DNA of 58,911 nucleotides, filler included, from Jimgerdemannia flammicorona (lineage: Eukaryota): NCBI GenBank assembly GCA_003990765.1. It is 3 parts of 3 records of this genome, joined end to end, with 100 filler letters (N's around TTAATTAATTAA, not from the genome) between each part and the next. Parts side by side here need not be neighbours in the genome. Positions count along the whole stretch, not along the records: positions 19,676 to 39,245 come from RBNJ01001907.1; 2 more parts are not named here. The stretch is one strand, 5' to 3'. Positions within the stretch are counted from its first letter, which is position 1. Every line of letters starts with the position of its first letter. The translations under genes and the position numbers were made by a program. This document shows, one piece after another, positions 22,290 through 33,531 of the stretch. Under the pieces are notes generated by a model. It saw only the letters and a program-made list of their open reading frames with translations. It did not search any database and was not told the DNA's origin.

Positions 22290-25200
22290 TTGCCCTCCAA
22301 TGTCGCCTCCAACGTCACCTCGCCTCCAATGTCCAACATCGCCTCTAACATCCAACATCGCCTCCAACCTCGCTACCAACATCGCCTTGTTGCCAATATT
22401 GCCTCACTGCCAACGTTGCCTCGCCGCCAATGGCTCTTGCTCTAGGTTTGAAATTTCTTTTTGTTGGCACTCTATGGAGGGGAGAGCATCTCCTCATCAC
22501 CCATTCTGAAGCCTCAGCTCACTTCGATGCTCTTTTCCAACACCTGTCCATTTTAGTGTACCTCACCTCCAACATTGACTCTAACGTTGCCTCGCCACCA
22601 ATATCGCCTTACCATCAACATCGCCTCACCACCAATATCGCCTCACCACCAATGTCGCCTCACCACCAACATCACCTCACTGCCAACATCGCCTCGCCAC
22701 CAATGCCTTGTCTTGGGCCCTTGCTCTAGGTTTGAAATTTCTTTTTGTTGATGTTCTATAGAGTGGGGAGCCTTGCCTCATCACCCGTTCTGAAGCCTCA
22801 GCTCACTCTGATGCTCTTTTCCAACACCTGTCCATTTTATACCCATCATGATGCCAAAAACTATAAGTGATGCCAAAAACTATAAGTGATGCCAAAAACT
22901 ATAAGTGATGTCAAAAACTATAAATGATGCCAAAACTATAAGTGATGCCAAAAACTATAAGTGATACCAAAAACTATAAGTGATTAAAATACATAAAATG
23001 CATCTCTAACATGCGTCTTACTCTTTTCTAACCTCCAACATTGTCTCCTCCAACATCTCGCCTCCAACATCACCTTGCCTCCAATATCACTTTGCCTCCA
23101 ATGTCACCTTATCTCCAATATCTTGTCTTGGGCCCTTGCCTGCCAACATCTTGTCTTAGGCCCTTGCTCTAGGGGGAAGCCTCGCCTCGTCACCTGTTCT
23201 GAAGCCTCAGCTCACTCTGATGCTCTCTTTTCCAACACCTGTCCATTTTAGTGTACCTCCAACATTGCCTTGCTGCCAACATTGCCTCGCTGCTAATATT
23301 GCCTCACCGCCAGTGTCACCCCTCACTGCTAACATTGCCCCTTGCTGCCAATATCGCCTCATCACCAACATTGCCTCACCGCCAATGCCTTATCTTGGGC
23401 CCTTGCTCTAGGTTTGGAATTTCTTTTTGTTGGCACTCTATGGAGGGGGGAGCCTCGCCTCGTCACCCGTTCTGAAGCCTCAGCTCACTCTGATGCTCTT
23501 TTTCAACACTTGTCCATTTTAGTGTACCTTGCCTCTAATATCTCCTCGCTGCCAACATCGCCTTGCTGCTAATGCCTTGTCTTAGGCCCTTGCTCTAGGT
23601 TTGAAATTTCTTTTTATTGGCGCTCAGGAGCCTCATCTTGTCACCTATTCTGAAGCCTCAGCTCACTCCGATGCTCTTTTCCAACATCTGTCCATAGTGT
23701 ATCTTGCCTCCAACATTGCCTCCAACATCACCTCACCACCAACATTGCCTTGCCGCCAATGCCTTGTCTTGGGCCCTTGCTCTAGGTTTGGAATTTCTTA
23801 TTGGCACTCTATAGAGAGGGGAGCCTTGCCTCATCATCCATTCTGAAGCCTCAGCTCACTCTAATGCTCTTTTCTAACACCTGTCCATTTTAGTGTACCT
23901 TGTCTCCAACATCACCTCCAATGTCGCCTTGCCACTAATGCCTTGTCTTGGGCCCTTGCTCTAGGTTTGGAATTTCTTTTTGTTGGCACTTGGGAGCCTC
24001 GCCTCGTCACCCGTTCTGAAGCCTCAGCTCACTCTGATATTCTTTTCCAATACCTGTCCATAGTGTACCTCACCTCCAACATTGCCTCCAATGTTGTCTT
24101 GCCACAAATGTTGCCTTGCCACCAACACCTTGTCTTGGGCCCTTGCTCTAGGTTTGGAATTTCTTGTTGGCACTCTATGGAGGGGGGAGCCTCGCCTTGT
24201 CACCCATTCTGAAGCCTCAGCTCACTTCAATGCTCTTTTTCAACACCTGTCCATTTTAGTGTACTTTGCCTCCAATATCATCTCCAACATCGCCTTGCTG
24301 CCAACGTTGCCTCACCACTAATGCCTTGTCTTGGGCCCTTGCTCTAGGTTTGGAATTTCTTTTTGTTGGCACTCAGGAGCCTCACCTCGTCACCCGTTCT
24401 GAAGCCTCAGCTCACTCCAATACTCTTTTCCAACACCTGTCCATTTTAGTGTACCTCACCTCCAACATCCCCTCACCACCAACGTCGCCTTGCCACTAAT
24501 GCCTTGTCTTGGGCCCTTGCTCTAGGTTTGGAATTTCTTTTTGTTGGCACTTGGGAGCCTCGCCTTATCACCCATTCTGAAGCCTCAGCTCACTCTGATG
24601 CTCTTTTCCAACACCTGTCTATAGTGTATCTCGCCTCCAACATCACCTCCAATGTTGCCTCGCCACATTGTTGCCTTGCCACCAACACCTTGTCTTGGAC
24701 CCTTGCTCTAGGTTTGGAATTTCTTGTTGGCGCTCTATGGAGGGGGGAGCCTTGCCTCATCACTCATTCTGAAGCCTCAGCTCACTCCAATGCTCTTTTC
24801 CAACACCTGTCCATTTTAGTGTACCTCGCCTCCAACATTGCCTCCAACGTTGCCTCACCTCCAATGTTGCCTTGCCTCCAATGTTACCTCGCCTCCAACA
24901 TTGCCTCGCCTCCAACATTGCCTCACCTCCAACATTATCTCATCTCCAATATTGTCTTACCTCCAATATTGCCTCGCCTCCAATGTCACCTCATCTCCAA
25001 CATTGCCTCACCTCCAATGTTACCTCGCCTCCAATGTCACCTCATCTCCAACATCGCCCTGCTTCAACATTGTCTCACTTTCAACGTCGAATTATAATTC
25101 TTTGAAAAAACCTGATTCTTTACCTTTAGATGAATCTGCATTTACAACAGAACTTGTAGATTATTATATTATATTAAGAGAATGGTGTATGAGGTGTGAA

Positions 25201-25640
25201 CATGTTAAAGATACAATGTCTTATTTTCCTCAATTTTCTTTTATTTTTAAAAAATGTCCTGTAAGAATATAATTAATAAAGAACTGGTACCAAAATTGCA
25301 GCTTAAAGCCTTAAGAACTGCTCGCCTCCAATACCTCCAACATCACCTCACTTCCAATATCACCTTGTCTTCAATGTCACCTCACCTCCAATGTCGCCTT
25401 GCCTCCAATATTGCCTTGTCTCCAATGTTGCCTCACCTCCAATGCCTCACCTCCAATGTCACCTCACCTCCAATGTTGCCTCACCTCCAATGCCTCGCCT
25501 TGCCTCTAATGTTGCCTTGTCTCCAATATTGCCTTGCCTCTAACATCCTCCAATGCCAATGTTGCCTCACCTCCAACATTGCCTCGCCTCCAATATTGCC
25601 TCACCTCCAACATCGCCCCACCTCCAACACCTTGTCTTAA
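22290..25640. repeat. 17-bp minisatellite in C-rich orientation, containing a ~170-300-bp higher-order repeat (11 copies, ~22430-24840)
   Basis: Core CTTGCTCTAGGTTTGGAATTTC…TCTGAAGCCTCAGCTCACT…CTTTTCCAACACCTGTCCAT recurs 11 times, separated by 17-mer units. Confidence 0.93.
22849..22984. repeat. 19-bp tandem repeat TGATGCCAAAAACTATAAG x7
   Basis: Directly visible. Confidence 0.95.
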
Positions 25641-26554
25641 GCTCTTGCTCTAGGTTTGGAATTTTTTTTTTTTTTTTTTTTGAAGGGTAGTGGAGGCGAG
25701 GTGACTTTGGAGATGATGTTAGAGGTGAGGCGATGTTGGACTTTCCATGTTCATTGTAGAAGGAGGTGATGTTGGAGGTGAGGTAATGTTGGAGGTGAGA
25801 TGATGTTGGAGGCGAGGTGACATTGGAGGTGAGGTAACGTCAGTGAACTTGGTTGAAAATTGTATGTGGCTAGCTGGCTTGAGTAGCAGCTTGAGCAACT
25901 TGAAACTGGCTTATAATTCATTACTTTTTAAAGTCAAATTTTGATTTTTTGAAATAGATTTAAGGCCGAAATTGTGACTAGTTTTAGTGCAAATACAAAA
26001 ATGACAATAATTGATATAAAAAACTATTTTACTATAATATTATGAACAATAATAAAAAAATCTCTCTATTTGGTTAAACATGATAGGATTCTATAACAAT
26101 ATATGATTTTTTTAAATTTTTTATTAAGTAGAATATAAAGTTATAAGCAAAAGGTTGAGTATAAGTACTGTGCACTATATTATATTTGATGACTATGACT
26201 GCTATTTGGAAATTCTATTAGAATTTCTATAAAAATTTTCATCAGGATTTTTGTCAGAAATTTCAGTAATATATATATAATAATTCATTATAATAATATT
26301 ATTATTAAATAAATTATAATATAAAGAATATTAAAATAATAATAAGAATAAATAAAAATAAATAATTAATTTAACTTTAAATAATAATAACTATATAATT
26401 ATTTAACCAAATATAGATAAACTATATATCTTCTAAAAGCTATAAGATTAGTTTATTATTAGTTAAAATATAAATTATATCATTTATATTTAAATTATAA
26501 TGAATTTATAGAATAATAATAATATATTATTGATCTCTTTTTATCTCTCTCTAT

Positions 26555-28688
26555 TGTGACGTACACAATTGACAATGGAGTACCAGTGACTGCTAAGATC
26601 AGACAACATAATGGCATGACAATCGAATAGACAGCCTGATCCATTAGGTGATTACCCCAAAAGGAGCAATGATAATCTGAGCCAAAAGGAAGACTACATA
26701 TATTATTTAAAGAACCATACTCTACCTCAGGAATCAGTACCAAAGAACAAGTATCCACCATACAATGCCTCCTATCCACCACCCCAACCAGACCTCCCGC
26801 CACTCTTCCCCCTTGCCTGGCCCAAAGACTCTAATCCTTGAAGCTATCAAGAAGGCTATTTGGCACCCAGACACCTCTGAACATCTGAACTTCTACACCA
26901 AGGATCTTGGATACTTCATCAATTACCAGTACATAATGACCCAATAGCTCAAAGATACCACTGAATGAATGACCCTCTGGTATGATTACGAAATTGGACA
27001 CCACCTTCATAATGAAACCCAAGAAGGCGACTAGGAAGACCTCATTGCCAAAATATTAACCACCAGCCGGCTAATCAAGAGAGCCCTCCGTGTCTACCAA
27101 ATCTTCCACCATATTCCCTAGGCTATAGTACACTTACAAGGAGTGACTGCTGGAAGTCTTACCCGTCTCTCAACTGAAGATACAGACTGGATAGAATCAG
27201 AAGTAGTCGATTCTATTGGTAGTAACCGGGTCATTATAGGAAGCCAACAAACTGAGCCCACTCAACCAGACTTTCACACCACTCCACTCCAAGACAACCA
27301 TCAAGGTCACCTAATGAGTCTCATGAAAATCTTTGAAGGACCACCCATTACCATTACAACACCTGTTGGAGCAACCCCAACTACTCACCACTCTGTCAGC
27401 TACAATTCGTATCTCATCGTTTGGGAACTAAATCAAGAAGTCCCAGAAGTCTCTACCAATATGGAAACTGAAGGATCTGAGGAAGAAGAGGAGGAATAAA
27501 GAATCTACCAATCCTCTGTCTGCCTTCAAGCAGTCCAAGGGTTGGAGAATGTCATCGAAGATGATTGGCCACAATTCTACCCCCTCACCTCCTAGCCAGC
27601 ACTCCCACTCTTTGAAGAATGGGATGAAGAAGTCACAACCCAGCAAGATGATTGGATCACTGACGAAGGGTACTTTATCATTCAGTGATCCAACGTCTGT
27701 TTCCTCAGTCTGGTCAGCCAACATTTGTCAGCAAGTCAGCAACATCCATTTTCAGTGATACTACCTACAACATCCATATCCAGCACTAGTACTTGTCTTA
27801 TCCCAATTCGGCATAAACAATTGTCACACCTGTTTTCAGTGATACCCCCCACAATATCCATATCCAGCACTAGTACTCATCTTATTCCAATTCAGCACAA
27901 ACAATTATCACACCCATATTCAGCAAATAAACTACCACAACATAGTATACCTTAGCCCCCCCCCATAGCTAGCAAATTTGTATAAATAACCCTATATCTT
28001 AGAGTGAATAAACCTCAGTCAGTTTGTGTTTAAAAGTAAAAAGGATTACAGAGAAACCTCACTACCTCCAAGAGACCAGATAAATTCTGAGAACAAGATA
28101 ACTAGAGCAACGATCACTCAAGGTTTGAGTTAAAGAATTTTCTCTTGCCACGGAAAATGTTCAAGATTCGCCACTAAGGAAAGCTGTACGAAAAGCTATT
28201 CAGTTTAGTTTAAAGACCCGCCACTAAAGGAAAGCCACACAAAAAACCACCAACCACTGCCAAGATCCCGCCAGCCCAACTGTCGTACATTCGACCCAAC
28301 TGCCGTGCATTCAGAACCAACCGCCATTCGAGATTCAAGACCATGCATTCGAGACCCGCCATTCAAGTGTTAAGACCCCAGCCAAGGAACCCAAGGATAC
28401 TTAGCTTAGGAAAGCCAGCACCATCATCATTCACCTAACAAGTCAGATGGATGAGTTCCCCTTTTACCCGCTGCGCCATGAACTATGTACGTTCAAGAAG
28501 TAATTCACTGCTAGGAAAATTCATCAACCACTAAACAACCAAGCCTCCACTGTATAAATCGGATGAACTGATCACATGACCATTGACCCACAACCATCAC
28601 AAATGCACTCAGTCATATACCATGCACTCCACCAAGTGGCACATTGAGCCGTGCTTGAAGCAACTAGGGATACAAACTGCACACCACA
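26555..28688 (+). repeat. 5' LTR of element B (2134 bp)
   Basis: TGTGACG…CCACA, followed by the PBS. TATAAATA at 27981-27988, AATAAA at 28007-28012. Confidence 0.93.
26765..27688 (+). pseudogene. LTR-encoded accessory ORF (B, 5' LTR copy), ~307 codons
   Basis: MPPIHHPNQTS… to …EGYFIIQ* in one frame. Confidence 0.85.
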
Positions 28689-28691
28689 TTT

Positions 28692-28709
28692 TGGGGGCTC
28701 AACTGGGAA
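28692..28709 (+). promoter_or_regulatory. Primer-binding site, tRNA-Pro-like
   Basis: TGGGGGCTCAACTGGGAA; restoring two CpGs gives TGGGGGCTCGACCGGGAA, close to the tRNA-Pro PBS of MLV (TGGGGGCTCGTCCGGGAT). Confidence 0.75.
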
Positions 28710-31700
28710 GTTTTCAAAAGACTTGACCATTTGGCTCAAGAACCCAGCTATCTACAGTGGAGAACTTAGCAGGACCAAGTCAGCAACCAAACCAGGGGTA
28801 GCAACAGCCCTCCTCAGCAGAAAAGAAAGCCCACACCCTTGTCAGAACAGTAGCCAGGACCCTATTCAACACCAGTAGCCAGAAAACTGAATCAGAAGAA
28901 AGAAGTGACCCAGATTACAGTTTGACTTTAAGAGAAAGGAGACAACTCAGAGGACAACCAGAACCGCCCCTTCAGATCCAAGACTTAGGCCAAGAAGAAG
29001 AAGAGGATATCCCTGAGGAGTATCAGACCCTTATCTATAGGAAGAACTCAGACAGAAGTGACTACATAACTACTGTTGTTACTCGAGTCACTCTACTAGA
29101 CTGGGTATACTTTGAAACATCAGAAGGAGAAGAGGACTATCATCCATATCAACCAGAGCAAGATGACAATTGGAGATCAGACCATCAAAGAGACGAATTC
29201 AATCTACACTATTATTCAGACAGCAACACAAACCCACAATAAGGCGAACAAGACCTCACTACTTCACAACAGTAAGGGGCAGACAAACTCACTATCAGTT
29301 ATATCAGTCCACTCCCACCATCAGTTGCTTGAACTTCAGTACCCTGGTCACTCACACCTCGTCACTATCACTAGTCAATTAGAAGATCTCCACCACTACC
29401 CAGGACTTCAACCCCAGCATTAATTAGAAGAGCCAGAATACCCTCACCCTCACCAAGACACCGCCCTCTGCCAGCACCACTAGTTCATCAAGTACTAGCA
29501 CCACCACCTTCCCCATCACCCCGAGGATCTGTCAGATCCCCTACCCCTGAACAATACTCAGATAGTGAAGATGAGCCAGACATGAGCTACCTTCAGAAGT
29601 TCCATGGTGCAGACAATGAAGATATTGAGGAATTCTTTAGAGAAATTGAAGTTCAAGCAGCCGCCAAATAATGGGATGCTGCAAGAAAACTCAGAATTGT
29701 GGAGTCACTCTTGAGAGGACCAGTCCTACAGAGGTATAATCAAGCCAAGTAAGCTGGAGGAGGAATCCATGCAGAGGAACTGAATGACAGCCTTCAACCT
29801 GATAGAAACCATGTAGCAAGGTACATGATTCACAAAGCCTGGCTCTGTGCCCAGTTCAATGGATTCAAGCACCAATAAGAAGTACAGGAGGCTTTGACCT
29901 ATATGAGCCAAGCTGCCAATGAAACTCCCAAGAGTTTCTACCATCAGATTCAAGCTCAAATGATCAAGGCAAACCTTCAACCAGCAGTCCAACTGGCTCT
30001 AGCCTCAACTACCTTCCTCAATAGCTTATACCCAGAACTCTGAAGGCAAGTTATTAGGATGGGATATCGAAACATTGAACAGCAAGTTGCTGGAGTACAA
30101 GGATGTTGGGAAGCAGATTATAGACCAGTACAACAAGTACAAGGCTATCATGAGCCAATCCGAGCTGAAACCCCAAGGACCCAAGGAACAATCATGGAGC
30201 AAGAGAATGCCTCCCTCAGAGCCCAGATAGCCAACTATGAGAACAGACCAGCACCCACAAATCCGACTCCATTCAGGCAACCACAGCAGCAGCCACCATC
30301 AAGAGTTCAAGAAGACCCCATGATAATGCTCACCAAGCAAATGAAGGACCTGGCCATCACAGTTGCCCAGCTAAAAAACCAAGGTAGAAGACAATAAGAC
30401 TACCGTCGTGATAACAGACCAGACTACTGGCAACAAGACAACAGAGGTCCTGCCCCTGCACTACCAGCTGCAACTACAGTCTCATCAGTGACTGGTTCCT
30501 ATGGTCCCACCTGCTTCAACTGCGGAAATCAAGGCCACATCCAGAGGAATTGTCCAAGGAACCAATCTACCCAGTCCAATGATAGAAATGTCAACCTCTT
30601 TCAGGTAGATGAGAGACTCAGGAAATGGAAGAAGAAGCAGCCTGGCTCCATGGTCAAGAAGATGACATCTACCCATACTTTAAGGCTTTTCCATCCAAGG
30701 TGACATGGGAAGCTGCCCCCATAGAGACCAGAGGATGAGGAAGACCACGAAGGAACCCCCCACCTCAACTGCCAGTAACAATATCCACAGGTAAGCATCT
30801 GCAACATAGCCATTCTTCTTCAGACACTCCACAAGAATAGAAGAAGTGAGTTAGAAGAGATACTCCTGAACCAGAAGCCGGACCATCTAGGACAACCCCC
30901 AGCTCTACCCTGCCAGACCTTGGAGAAGATGAGCATATGAGCATAGAATCTTCAGCTGATGAAATGCCCATCAGGAATGAGAGACTACACCTCAAGGGAC
31001 TAAGACACTGAAGAAGCAGCAAGCCCCATGCAGCAGCCTCACTTTGGGAACATATCCGCCTACAGAATACTGGTCTTATAGTTGAGCAAGTCCTTAAGAA
31101 TGCACCAGAGGTCAGGCAAAAATTCCTGAAAGAAGCCAAGGAAGATACCAAGAGACTTCCAGTCTAAGGACCACACACTTAAGAACCTAGCACTATCCAC
31201 ACAGCCCATGAGAGCCAGTGACATGAACATCAATCTATAAGACTCGCCAATGGAAAAGTGCATGGTGAAAATGCCAGAATTCTTATCAATACTGGAGCAG
31301 CAGTATGCATCATCACCCAAAGGATGTTGGAGTGAATTGGATGGGGAATAGATGAAGGAATCAAAGCAAGAGTTATCATGGCTGATGGATCAGCTTCCAC
31401 ACCCCTTGGACTTGTCAGAGACATCCCCATTCAAGTCAGAAAGGCCTGCCTCAATGTACCCAAAGCTGTCATGACCCCTGCAACCTTCTATGACCTGATC
31501 CTGGGAACTGACTGGTTAAGCTAAGTTGGAGCTAATGTAGATATCAAGAAACAACTCCTGGTCTTCTCCATTTATGGACAGAAGTACAAGGTGCCCATTG
31601 ACTTGAAAGGATTATCCAAAAGGATGAATCAAGCCTCAGAAACAGAATGGCAAGGACATGGCGACACCCCCACTACTACTGAGGATGAAAGTGAGGCCAA

Positions 31701-32715
31701 TTTCTTGCAAAAACTAGGAAGTAATTTCGATGCCCCAAGGGACCAAGAAAGTGAACAAGAAGACTCTTTCATTGGAGTTATTGGTGTTGAAGGTCTGGAA
31801 GAAAGCATCGATAGAGCCATTAATGCAAGGACAGCACTTGAGTTTGCAGGACCATCTGCTCAACCACCACCACCACTGGTAGAAAATCAGATCATGTGAG
31901 CCTTTCGTTAAGGCATATGTGAACATTTCATCAGCTTCCACTCACCAAGAGATGATTGCAGCAATTGCTGAATCCTGGATCTCAAGAAGGTTCCAATGCC
32001 AGAAATTGATGATAAGGACAAATTGAAGCAAGCACCATCCCACAGTTGAATACAACCTCCAACCCTGAAGACCTTCAAGAAGATCTATAAGGGAGGACAG
32101 AAGATCCTCGCCCACCAAATATTTGAGTCCCTTACCATCAAAGGAGAAAGCAGCAGCTCTTACACTATCACCCGGGCCCTCCAGATCACACAGTCCACCT
32201 ATGACAAGTATCGGAAGAGATTTCCTACCAGTAGAGAAGTCAAACAGCGAAATGAAGACTTTGTCAAGAAGGAACATTGTGATTGTAGAAAGACCTTTAC
32301 CTGCCACTGGTGTGAATATCGAGATGTTCACCTTAGCAAAGATGTCTATAAGAGCCAAGTTAAGAGAAAGGATCTCACCCTGCAAGAACCTCGAATTCGC
32401 TGGGCCTGTTGGAAGTGCAAAGAAATCAACCATGAAGGAGATTGCAAGTTCAAGAGCAAGACCTCTATCTGAGATCTATCATTGGAAGTTCTTGCCATCA
32501 TTCACTGGTACTGCTGCCCTCATCAAGGAAAAGAAGATATCAATCTTGCCTTCATCCTTATGGAAGCTCTAGACCCTCTAGGAAAGACTGGATTCAATTA
32601 CACAAGAAACTCAAAGACAGGAGCTCACTGGCCTTTCTTCAAACTGGAGTGCATAGACTTCTCACCTACAATGGCAACAGCTGAAGCACCATTTCTCAAA
32701 GCTCAACCAATTATC

Positions 32716-33120
32716 CAGGTCAAGCTGCTTTCACCCTGGGCACAGCCACCTCTTGCACAAACAGAAGGATCAGTTGGTTATGACCTCTGTCTCCCCTACC
32801 AAGTAAGAATCTGACCCAGAAGTACTAGGATTTTTGACCTACAGATTGCACTTGCTATACCACCTGGGCATTATGGACAATTGGCCTCAAGATCCTCATT
32901 GGCAACCAAAGGAGTCACAGTAGAAGGAGGAGTCATCAATCAGGACTACTGAGGTCCCTTGAAGGCTATTATCCACAATTCTAGTAGAACCAGCCAATTA
33001 TTCAGTCCTATAGAAGCCATCTGCCAAATCTTGTTTATCAAGACATCACAGCCGACCATCCAAGAGGTAGACCAACTAGAAGATACCAACAGAGGACAAG
33101 GAGGCTTTGGAAGCACCAAT
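32716..33120 (+). pseudogene. dut: dUTPase domain (element B)
   Basis: SVGYDL, SRSSLA, GGVINQDY*G, AICQIL, RGQGGFGST. Confidence 0.93.
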
Positions 33121-33485
33121 AGAAATCTATAGACACCACCTATCGAGGTTCATTTAGCAACAGTTGCTCAATTCTAACAAATGAGACCCCACATCTGCTG
33201 CCCAATCTGAGCAAGAGAAGACATCCTCCTACAGCCCTACCAGCAAAAAGGCCTAGATGTGCACCTACCAGTAGAAGCAAACAACTTGATATTTGCACCA
33301 TCACTGGAGCTTCAAAAGGAATACCACATCCTCCTGGCTGAAGAACGAATTTATGACCAGATGTCACCGATCCATATCCCTATCAGAAACTTGGGCTTCG
33401 AAGTGATAACTATCCCCAAAGGAACAACACTGGGATATTTCAAACCACTGATAGACACCTATGAGGAAGAAGTCTTCGAATTCTT

Positions 33486-33531
33486 GGGAAACAGCAAGCC
33501 CTCTCTGGTGAGACTGATGGTATCAGAGAGG
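33486..33531 (+). promoter_or_regulatory. Putative -1 programmed ribosomal frameshift signal (G_GGA_AAC plus 10-bp stem)
   Basis: Slippery heptamer in the ORF1 frame; CCTCTCTGGT (33500-33509) pairs with ATCAGAGAGG (33522-33531). RT is in the -1 frame in both A and B. Confidence 0.75.

Noticed and set aside
22430..24840. CRISPR-like repeat/spacer appearance
   Set aside because: The repeats are too long, the 'spacers' are satellite units, no cas genes are present, and the context is eukaryotic.
19692..25640. Many ORFs rich in L/P/Q/H/C/S (e.g. 19838-20626, 24504-25097)
   Set aside because: They are translations of the 17-bp satellite and higher-order repeat, open in several frames, with no protein signal.
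25870..26554. Very AT-rich tract as an origin or centromere element
   Set aside because: No diagnostic motif. Consistent with terminally decayed repeat DNA.
30605..30620. Frame change after the zinc knuckle in B as the gag-pol frameshift
   Set aside because: Best explained by a 2-bp GA slippage (GATGAGAGACT) in this copy. No second copy in the window to confirm.
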